64,000 bases of DNA, from the NCBI GenBank assembly GCA_047967505.1, contig CM106538.1; one strand, 5' to 3'. Both the position numbers and the translations under genes were made by a program. The stretch is from Dipteris shenzhenensis (taxonomy: Eukaryota). The notes below the pieces were generated by a model, which did not search any database, had not been told where the DNA came from, and worked only from the letters and a program-made list of their open reading frames with translations. This document shows, one piece after another, positions 52,592 to 64,000 of this stretch; positions within the stretch are counted from its first letter, which is position 1, and each line of letters opens with the position of its first letter.

Positions 52592-54528
52592 TCAGTAACC
52601 AAAGCCGAGGGTGACAACATCTTCTTCATCTATCTTGCTTGATTCGTATTTCGGCTTCTCCTTCTTGGGTAAGTTCCACCCGCTCCACTGCTGGAATGAC
52701 AGCCAAGTCCATCCTATCCTGTTGCCTCTTTTGTTTGATCCCCCCCATACCAAATGGTGCTTGCTAAGCCACCGCTCAAATGGTGCAAGGTTCCAACCAA
52801 CCCAAAAGCTGCTATCTTCACAAGGGAGCCTCGGTAGTACGAATTGTGCATACATTATAATGAATGCTGATGAGTCTGTCGATGTGGCCATGTTGTAGTC
52901 CTGATATTGGACCGCTCCATCATGGATCCCCACTGTGTACCCATGTAGATGAGTGGGCATGGCAGGTCCACCACTTGAACCACCAATGGTGCTACATTTG
53001 TAGCAGCAATATATGGTTTCAACTTCCTCCAGTGCTCCCGGTGAGCAAACTTAAGAGCCATCGTTAAAGTCCTGGAAAGTTTCTACTAGCAACTGATATA
53101 GTTGAGCATTATCCAATCCCATGAATGAATAAAGGTTTCCAATCCCATGATCAACCCTTCCTTCAATTAATTCTTCATATGCCTGTATAACAAAAGTTTG
53201 TGCGCAGGGGTATGAGGTTCTTCCATCTACATCAACACAAATTGGAATTTGTAGTGATGTACAACCCACATGATTGCATGGATTAGACTACACATTCTAA
53301 TCATGCAGTTACGTAGATAAGGCCTTAACATGAGGCCCTTTCATACGTATGACATATGTAAAGACATACATTTATGGCTATAGCAAAGGACAAAATTGAA
53401 GTGCTTGATCCTCCGAAAACCCCCCACGCCCTGCACTTGCTTCTTTCCATCAATCCCACAACAATGTTGCTCGATCATGATGGTTTTGACATTCTACCAG
53501 AGAGAAAGGAATGCCTTTCCTTCTCCCTCCACTTTCTTGCATAATGGGTGCTTGAATTCACATCGAGCAGATCGATTGTGTGTCAAAAGAGACTTATTCA
53601 AGAAGTTATAGATGCCTCCATTAATATAGAATACTGCCATAAACTTGTTGTTCCCACTCTCCAATTCCACACTACATGGCAATAGTAAATGGTGGATCTC
53701 TTCACTTGTCATTGGAAAGAGAGCAATATCTTCATTGTCACTTACAATCACCAATGGCTTCAATGAGCATGTGAAACCAAAGGTATTGAATTCTACACGG
53801 CCAACATCAGTTCCAAAACATCCCACCAATTCTGAGAAATTGTGTTTTCCAAAATCTAGCATGTTGTTCTCTGCGTACCTCAAGGATAACATCTCCTTTG
53901 TAAAACAGTGGCCTGCCGTAAAGGCCAAGGCTTCATGATTGGAATCTGAGGGACATGCAACACAAAATGTGAACACTTTTGCTTTAGAACCTGTGACCAT
54001 CTTCCCTTTAGCCCTAAACACTGTGTTTAAAATGGTTTCTACTCCAAGTGTTGGATTGTTGAAAAAGGGCTTTGAAGGACTGGTATTTCTGGGCTGCTCC
54101 TTTGGTAGCATCAAGGCTTTTGACGTGGTAGATAGTTTGTAAAGTCTACAAAACTGTCTACCACCTTTAAGCGAGTAATCGTCCACACAGGCTCTCTCGA
54201 CCATACATGTCTCTTCCACTTGAAGAATCTTAGGGACTGGCCCTAGATACTTGCCATGAAGATTAACAAAATTAATGACTTGGACATCTGGGGGGATGCC
54301 TTCCTTTTCATGAATCTTGGCTCTCATATTGTCTGTAGCCGAGCGGGTCTCCCTGGTCTTGTTATGAGTGTTGGCCTTCACATTCCCGGTCTCCAAGCTA
54401 GTCTTAAAATCCAGATTAGAAAAGATGCCCTCGATGCTGATGGCCTTCCCATAACCAATGCCTTCAATGGTGATGGCCTTCGGGTCATCTGAACTGTTGC
54501 ATTCCTTTTCTTCAATTTTGGCCTTCAC
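52592..54528 (-). pseudogene. Ubiquitin-like / trypsin-like (clan PA) serine protease fusion, 5' truncated
   Basis: Ubiquitin-like pieces VKAKIEEKE, GKAISIE, NVKANTHNK and DNMRAKIHEKEGIPPD. Triad motifs FTAGHCF, EDIALF and GGSSGGP..VGIH. Interrupted by an extra ~410 bp (53216-53627) and a TAA at 53051. Confidence 0.8.
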
Positions 54529-55261
54529 TATTTACTATTGCCATGTAGTGTGGAATTGGAGTGTGGGAATAACAAGTTTATGGCAGTATTCTCTTATCCC
54601 TGCGCACAAACTTTTGTTATGCAGGCATATGAAGAATTAATTGAAGGAAGGGTTGATCATGGGATTGGAAACCTTTATTCATTCATGGGATTGAATAATG
54701 CTCAGCTATATCAGTTGCTAGTAGAAATTGCTAGTAGAAACTTTCCAGGAGTTTAACGATGGCTCTTTGGTTTGCTCACCGGTAGCCCTGGAGAAAGTTG
54801 AAACCATATATTGCTGCTATAAATGTAGCACCGTTGGTGGTTCAAGTGGTGGACCTGCCATGCCCACTCATCTACCTGGGTATACAGTGGGGATCCATGA
54901 TGGAGCGGTCCAATATCAGGACTACAACATGGCCACATCGACGGACTCACCAGCATTCGTTACAATATATGCACAGTTCGTGCTACCGAGGCTCCCTTGT
55001 AAAGATAGCAGCTTTTGGGTTGGTTGGAACCTTGCACCATTTGAGCGGTGGCTTAGCAAGCACCATTTGGTATGGGGGGGATTAAACAAAAGAGGCAACA
55101 GGATAGGATGGACTTGGCTGTCATTCCAGCAGTGGAGCGGGTGGAACTTACCCAAGAAGAAGAAGCTGAAATACGAATCAAGCAAGACAGATGAAGAAGA
55201 TGTTGTCACACCGCCACCAACCCTACGAGCTCCCTCGGCTTTGGTTACTGACTTTGATTGA
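54529..55261 (+). pseudogene. Inverted copy of the C-terminal half of the serine protease
   Basis: LLPCSVELECGNNKFMAVFSYPC...CSTVGGSSGGPAMP..VGIHDG. Frameshifted by a 13-bp duplication (TTGCTAGTAGAAA x2, 54715-54740). Confidence 0.85.
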
Positions 55262-55870
55262 GCAACGGCTCCTTAACATGCAATGCATGGTGGTGTTTTT
55301 TAGCTTTGCTTGGTTGTATATCAATTTTGCTTTTTTTTTCATGCAGCATGTAATCGTGTTGTACATGAAGCTCAATACATGGAATTAATGATAAACCATG
55401 GGCTAATTGAAGATCATCTTTAATCGTGTTTATTGTTCTAAGCCAGCACATGTCTTCCCTCTATCTGGAATTGCTTTTCGTCTGATGGCACTGACTTATA
55501 ACATGCATTTTATTGTACGGTGTAGTTTAAATTCTCTTCGCTTGAAGTCTGTTGCTTCTTTTTTTGCCCTCGCTCAATTTTTTGTAATCCACTTTTAAGG
55601 TGCACCACTTGGTTTTTGATAAATCCCCTTCAATGTAGTGCCATGATGACTTTATGAGCCCTTATATTGAATAGCTCCACAACCAACGTTGTAAGTATTA
55701 GCAGAAATCAAAGCCCGACATACCTGAGTCATCAAGATTATAGTGGCATGTACATAGTTGCATATGAAACATGTTTCATACCTGAATGAAATGTTTCTGA
55801 AATGTGTAGACGTTTTGTACGTTTGAATCACGTGTATTATGCATCTTTAAAAAAAAAAGAAAACTATTGA

Positions 55871-56515
55871 CATGGTTGTTAAGACACTCGTGTCTTATCA
55901 TAAGACACTTAAGACACTTAAGACACGTGTCTTACCTTAAGACACCTTTAGACACTCTTGTTGTTTTTTTTTTTTTGGGTGGGTGGGGGGTAGCAACAAC
56001 ATTGAGTTTGACTTAGCCATGCTATCATCGATGGTGACTTTGGATCTAGCAGTGGCAGTGACCTCGTAGATTCGGATTAGGATGAATCTTCAGAGATTTG
56101 AGTCTTGAGAGTCAAAAGTTTCCTTTCAATTATATGTATCGAGATGCAAATTTCATTCATATCACATGTGACAAGATTCAATTGTCCATTTAAACCTTTA
56201 AGTACTCAATACTTGCGAGCTCTTGAGTCGCGAGTCTTAACTTTAAGTTTTAAGTCTTGAGTAACGAGTCTTGACTCTTAACTACATTGTACAAGTGCCT
56301 TCCTGCATTGTTTAATGTAGCTTATTGTACTTCTAGAATCTAGCAGCGAGCTATGCTAGCAAGTTGTACTTTTGTATACTTATACATATATTAATTAAAT
56401 ATTTATTATTATAATCACAATGGCATGTCTTACGTGTCTTATCTTTAAGACACTTTAGACACTCGTGTCTGAAGCGTGTCTAACGTGTCGTGTCTTAACG
56501 TGTCTTACAACCATG
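55871..56515. mobile_element. hAT-type MITE, 645 bp
   Basis: TIRs CATGGTTGTTAAGACAC / GTGTCTTACAACCATG, an exact 8-bp TSD ACTATTGA (55863-55870 and 56516-56523), and subterminal AGACAC/GTGTCT repeats. Confidence 0.93.
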
Positions 56516-56874
56516 ACTATTGAAAATTTTTTTTTGGAGATTTTTTTTAATTTTAAAAAAATCATAAATATGAAGTAACTTCCATGACTTTTCCTATTAT
56601 TATATATCTGAATAATAGTGACTACTCTATTTTTCACTAATATTCAGGTGTAGAATAATGAAAGACAATTCATGAACTATTATTATGCATCTGAAGTTTC
56701 TACTTAGTTGGAATTGTGTTTCTTTGTGCCATAGATGCATCAATTGCAACAAGGACTATGGTGACATGTGCATATATGATATTTCTACATCTGAAGTTTC
56801 TACTCTCATTACAAAACATGGTAATATATTCCATTCAAAACGAATTATACAACGCGTGGGAGAGTAAGAACTCT

Positions 56875-59800
56875 ATTCCTCACCTCAACAATGTGACAGA
56901 AAAGCCAGGGGGGTGGTCTATAATGCCACGACATCCCTAGTGGCGTCAAATGAAAAAATAAAGAGCAGTCCTAGGTTCTCATGAAAGAAATCAGTCTCTC
57001 TCGAGCTGCTGCAGAGGACCCGGTGCATCTATCCCACTGACTCCTAATGGAAGAGATAATCTCAGTCCATATAGCAATCTAAATATCAGCCTCTATGCTA
57101 CGGCGGATACTGTATCAATGTATTATGGAAGAGTGGTTGCCTGGCAATTTCCTCTCTGGAGGAAGGAATTGTCCGAATGAGGTACGAACGGAAAGGGCCC
57201 AAATTTGGATAAGCCTTCTCACCAATGGAGAAGAAGGTTGAGTGTGATGATCCGTCAAAAAAATCCAACCAACACTACCAGGCCACTGACCTACTGCCTT
57301 AGGAACACATTGTAGGACTCCATATACAAGAAACTGCTTCCATGGCTAATCTCCTGGAGTCGAACCTCTGACCAGAAGTTTGACTAGAAGTGCCCTACTC
57401 TGGAGCTCCAGATCAAGAATCCCAAGACCTCCTTGTGCTGTGGGTAGGGTGATAGTGGCCCATGAAACTCTCACTCTAGTGTCCTCTGTACCATCCCTTC
57501 CACTCCAAAGAAAGTTCCTGAGCAGTCTCCTCACCTGTCTGATACTATTTGCATGGAAGCACCAACATGAAGCAATGTACCACATGGTCGCCAACAACAC
57601 CTGGTTGAGCACCAATGCTCTAGCAACTAAGGAAAGTCAAGCAGTACTCCAATATGCTAACTTCTTGCGAATGCTCTTTAGCACTTGGGCAAATTGCTGC
57701 GAGGGGGACACATGTACTCCAACCTGGAAGCCCAAATACTTGGTGGCGGTGCCTCTCGGTATCCAAGAAAAACCTTTGTCCACACCCCAAGATGGAGTAT
57801 CCTGCTGAGCTCTAGTCCAAATACCCTTCAACTTATTCCGATTGACAAGTCCTCCTGAGGCTAGGCAAAACTTGTCAATGGATGCGGCGGTGCAAGTGAG
57901 ACTATGACAATCACCCCTAATCGTCAGTGCAGCATCATCAATAAACTCAGTGTCCAAAAGCTCTTGCTCATGCCTGATCGGAAGAGATAGCCCCAGAGTG
58001 CCATGACTGGTAGCCTGCATGAAGTACCCTAGAGCCTCGGCCACAAAGAGGAGATAAGGAGCAAGAGGACAACCTTGACGGACCGATCTAGATAACTGAA
58101 AAACAGGTCCTCTTCCTCCACAAAGGACCATCCTGCTAGCTGAGTGGGAGTATAAGGAAGAACTCCAAGAAATCCATCTGTCACTGAAACCAAGCCTCCT
58201 CATGGTGCCCTCCAAGAAACTCCAGTTAACTCTATCACAAGCCTCCTCAAAGTCGAGAAGTAAAACTGCAGTGTCCTGCTGACTCTCCCGTGCCGAGTGT
58301 GTGGCCTCCCAAAAAGTGAACACGCTGTCTAGGATACTCTGATCCTGAACAAAACCAATCTGAGTGGCTCTGAGAATATCTTGCATCAGAGGTTTGAGTC
58401 TCAAAGCCAAGGTCTCTGCTAAGATTTTGTAGGCAGTCCCAAGAAGAGTGATAGGTCTCCAATTGCGGAGGAGTGATTTGTCTCCCCCTTTCGGGATGAG
58501 ACAAATAAGACCTATGCACATGGACTCGCCCAAAGATCCTAGCTCAAGAGCCTTGGAAAAAGTAGGCAATAGATGAGGCCCAACTGTATCTCAAACAAAC
58601 CTGAAGAAAAGTGGAGAAAGGCCATCCTTGCCTGGGCATGTCAGAAGGAAGCTCCCGTAAGGCATCTGTGAGCTCTAGTAGAGCCAAGGGACTTTCAAAT
58701 CCAGAAGGTCTGCTGAGAGTAAAATCTGAATTGAGCTCTCCTGCCCTGCAAGTCCTCCAATCTCTCATGGGCTTGCTGACAAGCATACAAGTATAAAGAT
58801 AAGGTTTTATACATGCTGCAATGTAGTCATATTTTCAGGTTGTTTCCCAATGGTAGTAATTAGATGCTGAATACTCTCAGCCTGAAATGCTAGCAGATCG
58901 GCTTCTGTATATGATTCCATTTTGACTCGTAACTCCAAATCAAAATAGTGCCTAGATTATGAAATAACGCAGTCCAAAAATTACTGCAAAACTTCGAATC
59001 TCGATCAGACACTATAATCTTTGGCAAGCCATGATGAACAAAGATATGCTTGATGAATAAATGTGCATCTTGCTGAGCTGTTAAAGTCTTCTTGCATGGG
59101 TCAAGCGATCTACTATCATCCAAATCATATCATCTTGATTCGATGTAGTAGGAAAACCTGTTATGAAATCCATGGATATTTGTTATGAAATCCATGGATA
59201 TTTGTTCCCAAGGTTGCGTAGGAATAGGCAAGGGCATTAACAATCGTGGGGTCTTTTCTTTATAACTCTTGATCTTTTAACAAGTGATGCATTTGGCTAC
59301 AAATTTAGCCACACCTTTTCTTATAGTAGGCCAATGAAATGCCCTCGCTATATCTCTCTGTGAGTCTAATCCTTGCTTTCTCATGCTTGGCTCTAGCGTG
59401 ACAAGCATCACTGACTCTAGCAAGAGCCCTTTTTACCCATGTAAGCCACCCAACCTCTCCTAGTAACTCCTCAGAGAGCCAAGTGTCGCTAAGCATCTGT
59501 ACAAACTCCGTCTCCTAGAAAAGAAAATCAAGGACTCTCACTGAAGCCGAAGTCTCCATTCTGGAGGTGGCCAGGACCTGCAACAAAACTGGAGCATGAT
59601 CTGATAAAGTAAAAGTTGGTCGGATACCAACTTGTCCTCCTCTAGCCTAGCCCCACTGGCCAACATAAAATCTATCCAATCTAGCTAGAGAAAGGGATCC
59701 ATGGGAAGTGCCTGACCAGGAGAACTGCAAGCCGTTAGGCATATGAGAGAAGTCATCTAGCCAAAATGCATCGAGAAGTCCGGCCCGTAAAATGAAATTG

Positions 59801-60230
59801 TCCCACTCTGCTCTTTCTCTGTTTGAAAGACCGCCCCAATCCAAGTGTCAGCCTGGGGGAGGGCATCTTTGATTTGTCTCCAAAAAACCCGTCTAGGTCC
59901 CTGCCTCTGTGGGAGCATACACATTGAGAACACCAACCGAAGTGTTCTCAACCTGGATGGTAATAAAGGCCGCCCTGCTCTCCACCAGTGTGCCCTCCTG
60001 AATGACCTCTGAAGCCCACATTGCTGCCACTTTAATACAAATCCCACCCCTATTGTCAGCTGCTGGACTCCAGAAAGTCCTACTCTGGCCTCTAAGTAAA
60101 GAACTGCATCTGTCAATCCTATCTTGAGACAGCTTGTGCTCCTGAATGAGCACAATATCCGGAGGAGAGCCTGAAGACATGAGCCGGAGGGAGTCTCTAA
60201 GTATCTGCAATCTAGGTACTCCTATCCTGT
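56875..60230 (-). mobile_element. L1-like LINE ORF2 (endonuclease, RT, 3' end), decayed; continuation of the LINE at 201-1290
   Basis: DIVLIQEHKL, NVYAP, ARLDRFY, SDHAP, NWRPITLL, LDFEEACDRV, SVRQGCPLAPYL, FIDD. Lacks the equivalent of ~50207-51388 and is interrupted at ~58795-59300. Confidence 0.92.
58945..59098 (-). pseudogene. Ty3/gypsy integrase core fragment inside filler DNA
   Basis: TAQQDAHLFIKHIFVHHGLPKIIVSDRDSKFCSNFWTALF, homologous to the integrase at ~8720-8850. Confidence 0.85.
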
Positions 60231-60548
60231 TGTTGAGATATCAAGCTGTAGCCCCGATGTATCTCCTCGGTGACTATCATTTATGTCACCGCCTATGTTG
60301 GTTGTACTCGTGGTGTAGTTAGACTGCCACGTATGTTTTGGTTTGGGTCCACATATGAACCACGTATTCTAGGGTTTGACATATAGGGTATACCCCTCTC
60401 CTATTGTATTGTTGTTGTGTGCTATTTTCAACTGAGTGAAGATAAGCTTCAGCCTCCACATCTTGTGTCCTCCCTCTTGTGTATGTTGTGAAGAAGCTGC
60501 AATCGAGCCTCCTCCCTCTCTCCCGCATTCTTTACATGGTATCAGAGC
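60231..60548 (+). mobile_element. Copia 5' LTR (60231-60536, 306 bp) and tRNA-iMet PBS
   Basis: TGTTGA...TTTACA followed by TGGTATCAGAGC at 60537-60548; preceded by CCTGT. Confidence 0.93.
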
Positions 60549-61089
60549 TTGGTTCGTGGTGAGGAGCTCAAGTAGCAAGAAGAGGTCGCGATACCCTGGT
60601 AAGAGGATTTGCGTCTTCTTTCATTTTGGATGCTGGGGAGCATATCTTTGCAAGTACACAGCCGTGAGTGCAAGGTGCACTGTCACTGATTCCGACGCCC
60701 CGATGTGAAGCTCGGGTGCATCACCCCAAGAAAAACAAACAGTGAAGTTTGTGACGCGTTGAAATCGCGGTTCGGGGCCGTTTCGGGGTCCGTTTTGGCA
60801 TCGCAAAGTTTTCGCAGGCACTCAGGAGAAGTAGCCGTTTTTTACTGTGTATGCTGTATTTTCGCTTACGTGCAATTTGTGACAGAGAGGTTGCTGTGTG
60901 ACACCGGTGCAGAGATTTTGAGAAACGCATGCCATTTTGGGTTACTGTGTTTATGCATATTCGTCACTTGAAGTGACTCATGGTTGCTTGCCACTGCCCT
61001 TGTGAGGCTGTTTGCAGAAGTGTTGTTGTTTGCCCTTGTGAGGCATTTGCTGTGTTTCCAGGTTAATGTTGCAATTTGTGATTTGCAAA

Positions 61090-64000
61090 ATGTCTGAGAA
61101 TCTGTTTACTATTGTCAGTGAGAAGCTTGACAAGAATAACTTCCAAGCATGGAAGTTCAGGATGACAAACTTCCTCATGGAAAAGGGAGTTTGGGAGTAC
61201 AGCAGTGGGGAAAGTGTAGAACCAGTCTTGGGAGCTGCTTCCACTCCTACTGAATTAAAGGCCTTTAAAGAATGGCATGAAAAAGCCAGGAAATGCCTGT
61301 ACTGGTTGTTTGTCAATATTTTAGATTCCATGATTGTGCATATACAAGATGTAGAGACGCCTCGGGATACATTGGTGAAGCTGTATAGTACAAATACAAA
61401 TACACGAAAGATGCAGCTTAAGCAGGAGTTGCATAATGTGTAGAGGAAAAATCTGAGTATAAATGAGTACTCCTTGAAGGTGAAAGGTCTTGCAGAATCT
61501 CTTGGATCCATTGGAGCACCTGTTGATGATGAGGACTTAGTGTCCGTGACCGTGAATGGTCTTGGGAAGGATTATGCACAGTTTCGGACATCCATTGGAG
61601 TCCGTGAAACATTTTTTGATTTTCAGGAACTTATTGCTCTCTTGCTGAGTGAGGAGCAAAGGAATGGTGGTTCAGCCACATCAAGTTCTCAAGAGTGTGC
61701 CTTCTACTCGAATACAGGTAGAGGCAGGGGTAGAGGAAGAGGCTGTTTTGGCGGCCGCACAGGAAATCAAAATCAACAGCAGCAATAGGAAAACTAGTCC
61801 GATGGAGGAGGACGTGGTACTTCTAGAGGCAGGGGGAGCCAAAGAGGCCGTGGTACATGGCAAAGGAGCCAACAAGTAAATAGCAGTACATAATGCTATT
61901 ATTGTGAAATTCTGTGCTATTATTGTGAAAAGCCTGGGCACAAGGAGAATACCTGCCATAAAAAGCAGAATGACATCAAAAGTGGGAAGTTGCAGCAAAG
62001 CAACTATGCGTCATCATGCGGGCACGGTGATTACATAAATGAGCACCTTTGCTTCCAATGATGTTTGGTATGTTGATTCAGGTGCTTCTAACCACATGAG
62101 CACTCATGGTGAGTGGTTTCATGATGTCAGAAATCTGAATAAGCTAGGTTATGTTGAAATAGGTGATGATAGTGCGCACCCAATTACGTAAGTTAGTAAA
62201 GTGCCATTGGCTATGCAGGATGGCAAAACGAAGTACTTGGCAGATGTACTTCATGTTCCCAAAATCACCAAGAAGCTGGTTTCAGTTGGCCAGATGGTTG
62301 AGCAAGGTCTGCAGGTTAGATTTAATCTTGATGGATGCTTTGTTGAGGACTTGAAAAATAAAAGCCGCCTGGTTACAAAAGGCAACAAAAATGGCAGAAT
62401 GTTTACCTTGGATGTTGATATGCCTGAGGTGAAGCTGCTATGTTTGCGCATGGGAGAGGTGTCATTGCAGATATTGAGATATGGCACAAGTGCATTGGGC
62501 ACGTGAATATACAAAGGCTGAAATCTATGCAAACGAAAAACATTGTTGCAGGTTTGTCTAAATTCAGAGTCGAGGGAATGTAAAAGGTATGTGAAGCATG
62601 CCAAATGGGCAAGCATGCATTTCTAAAAAATGCTAAGGTGAGCAGAAGGCCTTTGGAAGTGATCCACTCAGGTGTGTGGGCAACCAAAGCTGCTTCTATT
62701 GGTGGATGCCATTACTATGTGACGTTTATTGATGACTACACTAGGAAGGTGTGGATTTATTTTATGAAACACAAAAGTGAAGTGTTCAGCTATTTCAAGG
62801 CTTTTAAGGCCATGGTTGAAAAAGAGAAAGGTGTGCACATTAAGGTGCTAAGATCTGATGGAGGGGGAGAATACTTTTCACAAGAATTCAGTGAATATTT
62901 GAAAGAACAGGGAATTAAAAGGAAGTACTCATGCAGGTTTACCCCTCAGCAGAATGGGGTTGCAGAAAGGAAGAACATGCATATTGCAGAAGTAGGACGA
63001 GCGATCCCAAATGAGAAAAATATGCCAGACTATTTTTGGGCTGAAAGAGTAGCAACTGCTGTTTATATTATGAACAGAACCCCCACTGCAGCTGTCCATG
63101 GCATGACACTTGAAGAAATGTATACAGGTCAAACCAAATATTTTTCACTTGAAGGTATTTGGTTGCATAGCTTATGTTCATGTTCCTGATGAGAAAAGAA
63201 CAAAGTTGGATCCAAAGGCAGAAAAATGCATCTTCATTGGATATGCTCTGCATCAGAAAGGGTATCGCTGTTATAACCCTTCTACTCGCAAAATGCAAGT
63301 GAGCAAAGATGTTGTCTTTGATGAAATGAGCAGTTGGTATGCACCAACTGTTATGGTAGGAGATGCAAATGCAGGAAATGGGAATGCTGTAGTAAATGCA
63401 CAGCAGCAATCTCAAGCCTTGAGTGGACCAGGAGAGTCCTCTACTAGTGGATCTAATGCATGGACAGGGAGATTCAGATCTAGTGAATCGTCACATGGCA
63501 GTTTTGATAGTGTTGTGCAGGTATCACGTAAGGGAAAAGAAAAGGTGGACCATGCTCCAGTGTTTAATGTCTCAGCTGGTAGCTCTCGTGTTGATGGAGA
63601 GTCAAGTGGCTTTGAAATGAGCCTTGATGAGGAACTTGGGATTCCCTCTGTTGTTACACCTGGTGTAAGAAAAAGCATTAAAGACTCTTGCAAGTGATCC
63701 AATTGTACGCAGGTCCACTCGTGTTAAGTATCCAGTTGATAGGCTGAGATATGATGAGTATACATCACATCACTATGCTTATATGGTGAAGGTTCTAGAG
63801 GGACCAGAGCCCACATGCTTTGAGGATGCAGTAGGGCATAACAATTGGGAAGCGGCAATGGATGAAGAGATGGTTGCCTTGGATGCAAACCACACTTGGG
63901 ATTTGATGCCTTTGCCTCATGATAAGAAGGCTATTGGTTGCAAGTGGGTTTACAAATGGTCTTTGCATCAGATGGATGTGAAGAATGCTCTCTTGCACGG
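61090..64000 (+). mobile_element. Decayed Ty1/copia gag-pol (gag, protease, integrase, start of RT); runs off window end
   Basis: gag LDKNNFQAWK; zinc knuckle CYYCEKPGHKENTC; protease WYVDSGASNHM; WHKCIGH; integrase FIDDYTR, RSDGGGEY, PQQNGVAERKN; RT KWVYK joined directly to HQMDVKNA (internal deletion). Several stops and frameshifts. Confidence 0.95.

Larger units (their letters stand above)
49246..58065. repeat. Large inverted duplication: arms 49246-~53690 and ~54530-58065, spacer ~835 bp
   Basis: Paired opposite-strand ORFs (51554-51778 vs 56716-56940, 52392-52598 vs 55245-55451, 49503-49931 vs 57380-57808) and direct nucleotide comparison. Confidence 0.96.

Noticed and set aside
54250-54528. 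Functional polyubiquitin gene
   Set aside because: Only partial, diverged helix segments; no complete 76-aa unit and no LRGG terminus.
1-60536. A single giant 60-kb LTR element bounded by the two similar LTRs
   Set aside because: The left LTR is followed by a TSD-like sequence and LINE, not a PBS. The right LTR has the PBS after it and no PPT before it, so the LTRs belong to two separate copia copies.

Overview
Repeat-dense eukaryotic DNA, inferred to be a land-plant genome (possibly a fern or other non-seed plant). No intact host gene is visible. Contents: (1) the 3' LTR of a Ty1/copia element at 1-200, followed by the 5' half of an L1-like LINE on the minus strand; (2) a near-intact chromodomain Ty3/gypsy gag-pol at 5022-9683 with one in-frame stop and a 1.65-kb TG..CA insertion in its leader; (3) nested decayed gypsy and copia fragments at 10-23 kb; (4) two decayed L1-like LINEs (24.1-28.2 kb minus, 29.3-33.5 kb plus); (5) a 34-45.7 kb block of decayed, apparently spliced genes for SET, NIF/FCP1-phosphatase, BAH-like and RING-H2 domains, ending in an ~80-bp satellite with ~237-bp higher-order structure; (6) a fold-back inverted duplication (49246-58065) centred on a ubiquitin-like/trypsin-like serine protease pseudogene, with a hAT MITE in one arm only; (7) the 3' half of the LINE from (1), followed by the 5' LTR and internal region of the copia. 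The two halves of one copia-in-LINE insertion site lie at opposite ends of the window in permuted order, which suggests a large (~65 kb period) tandem or segmental duplication. All domain calls are by-eye motif recognition, not database hits.
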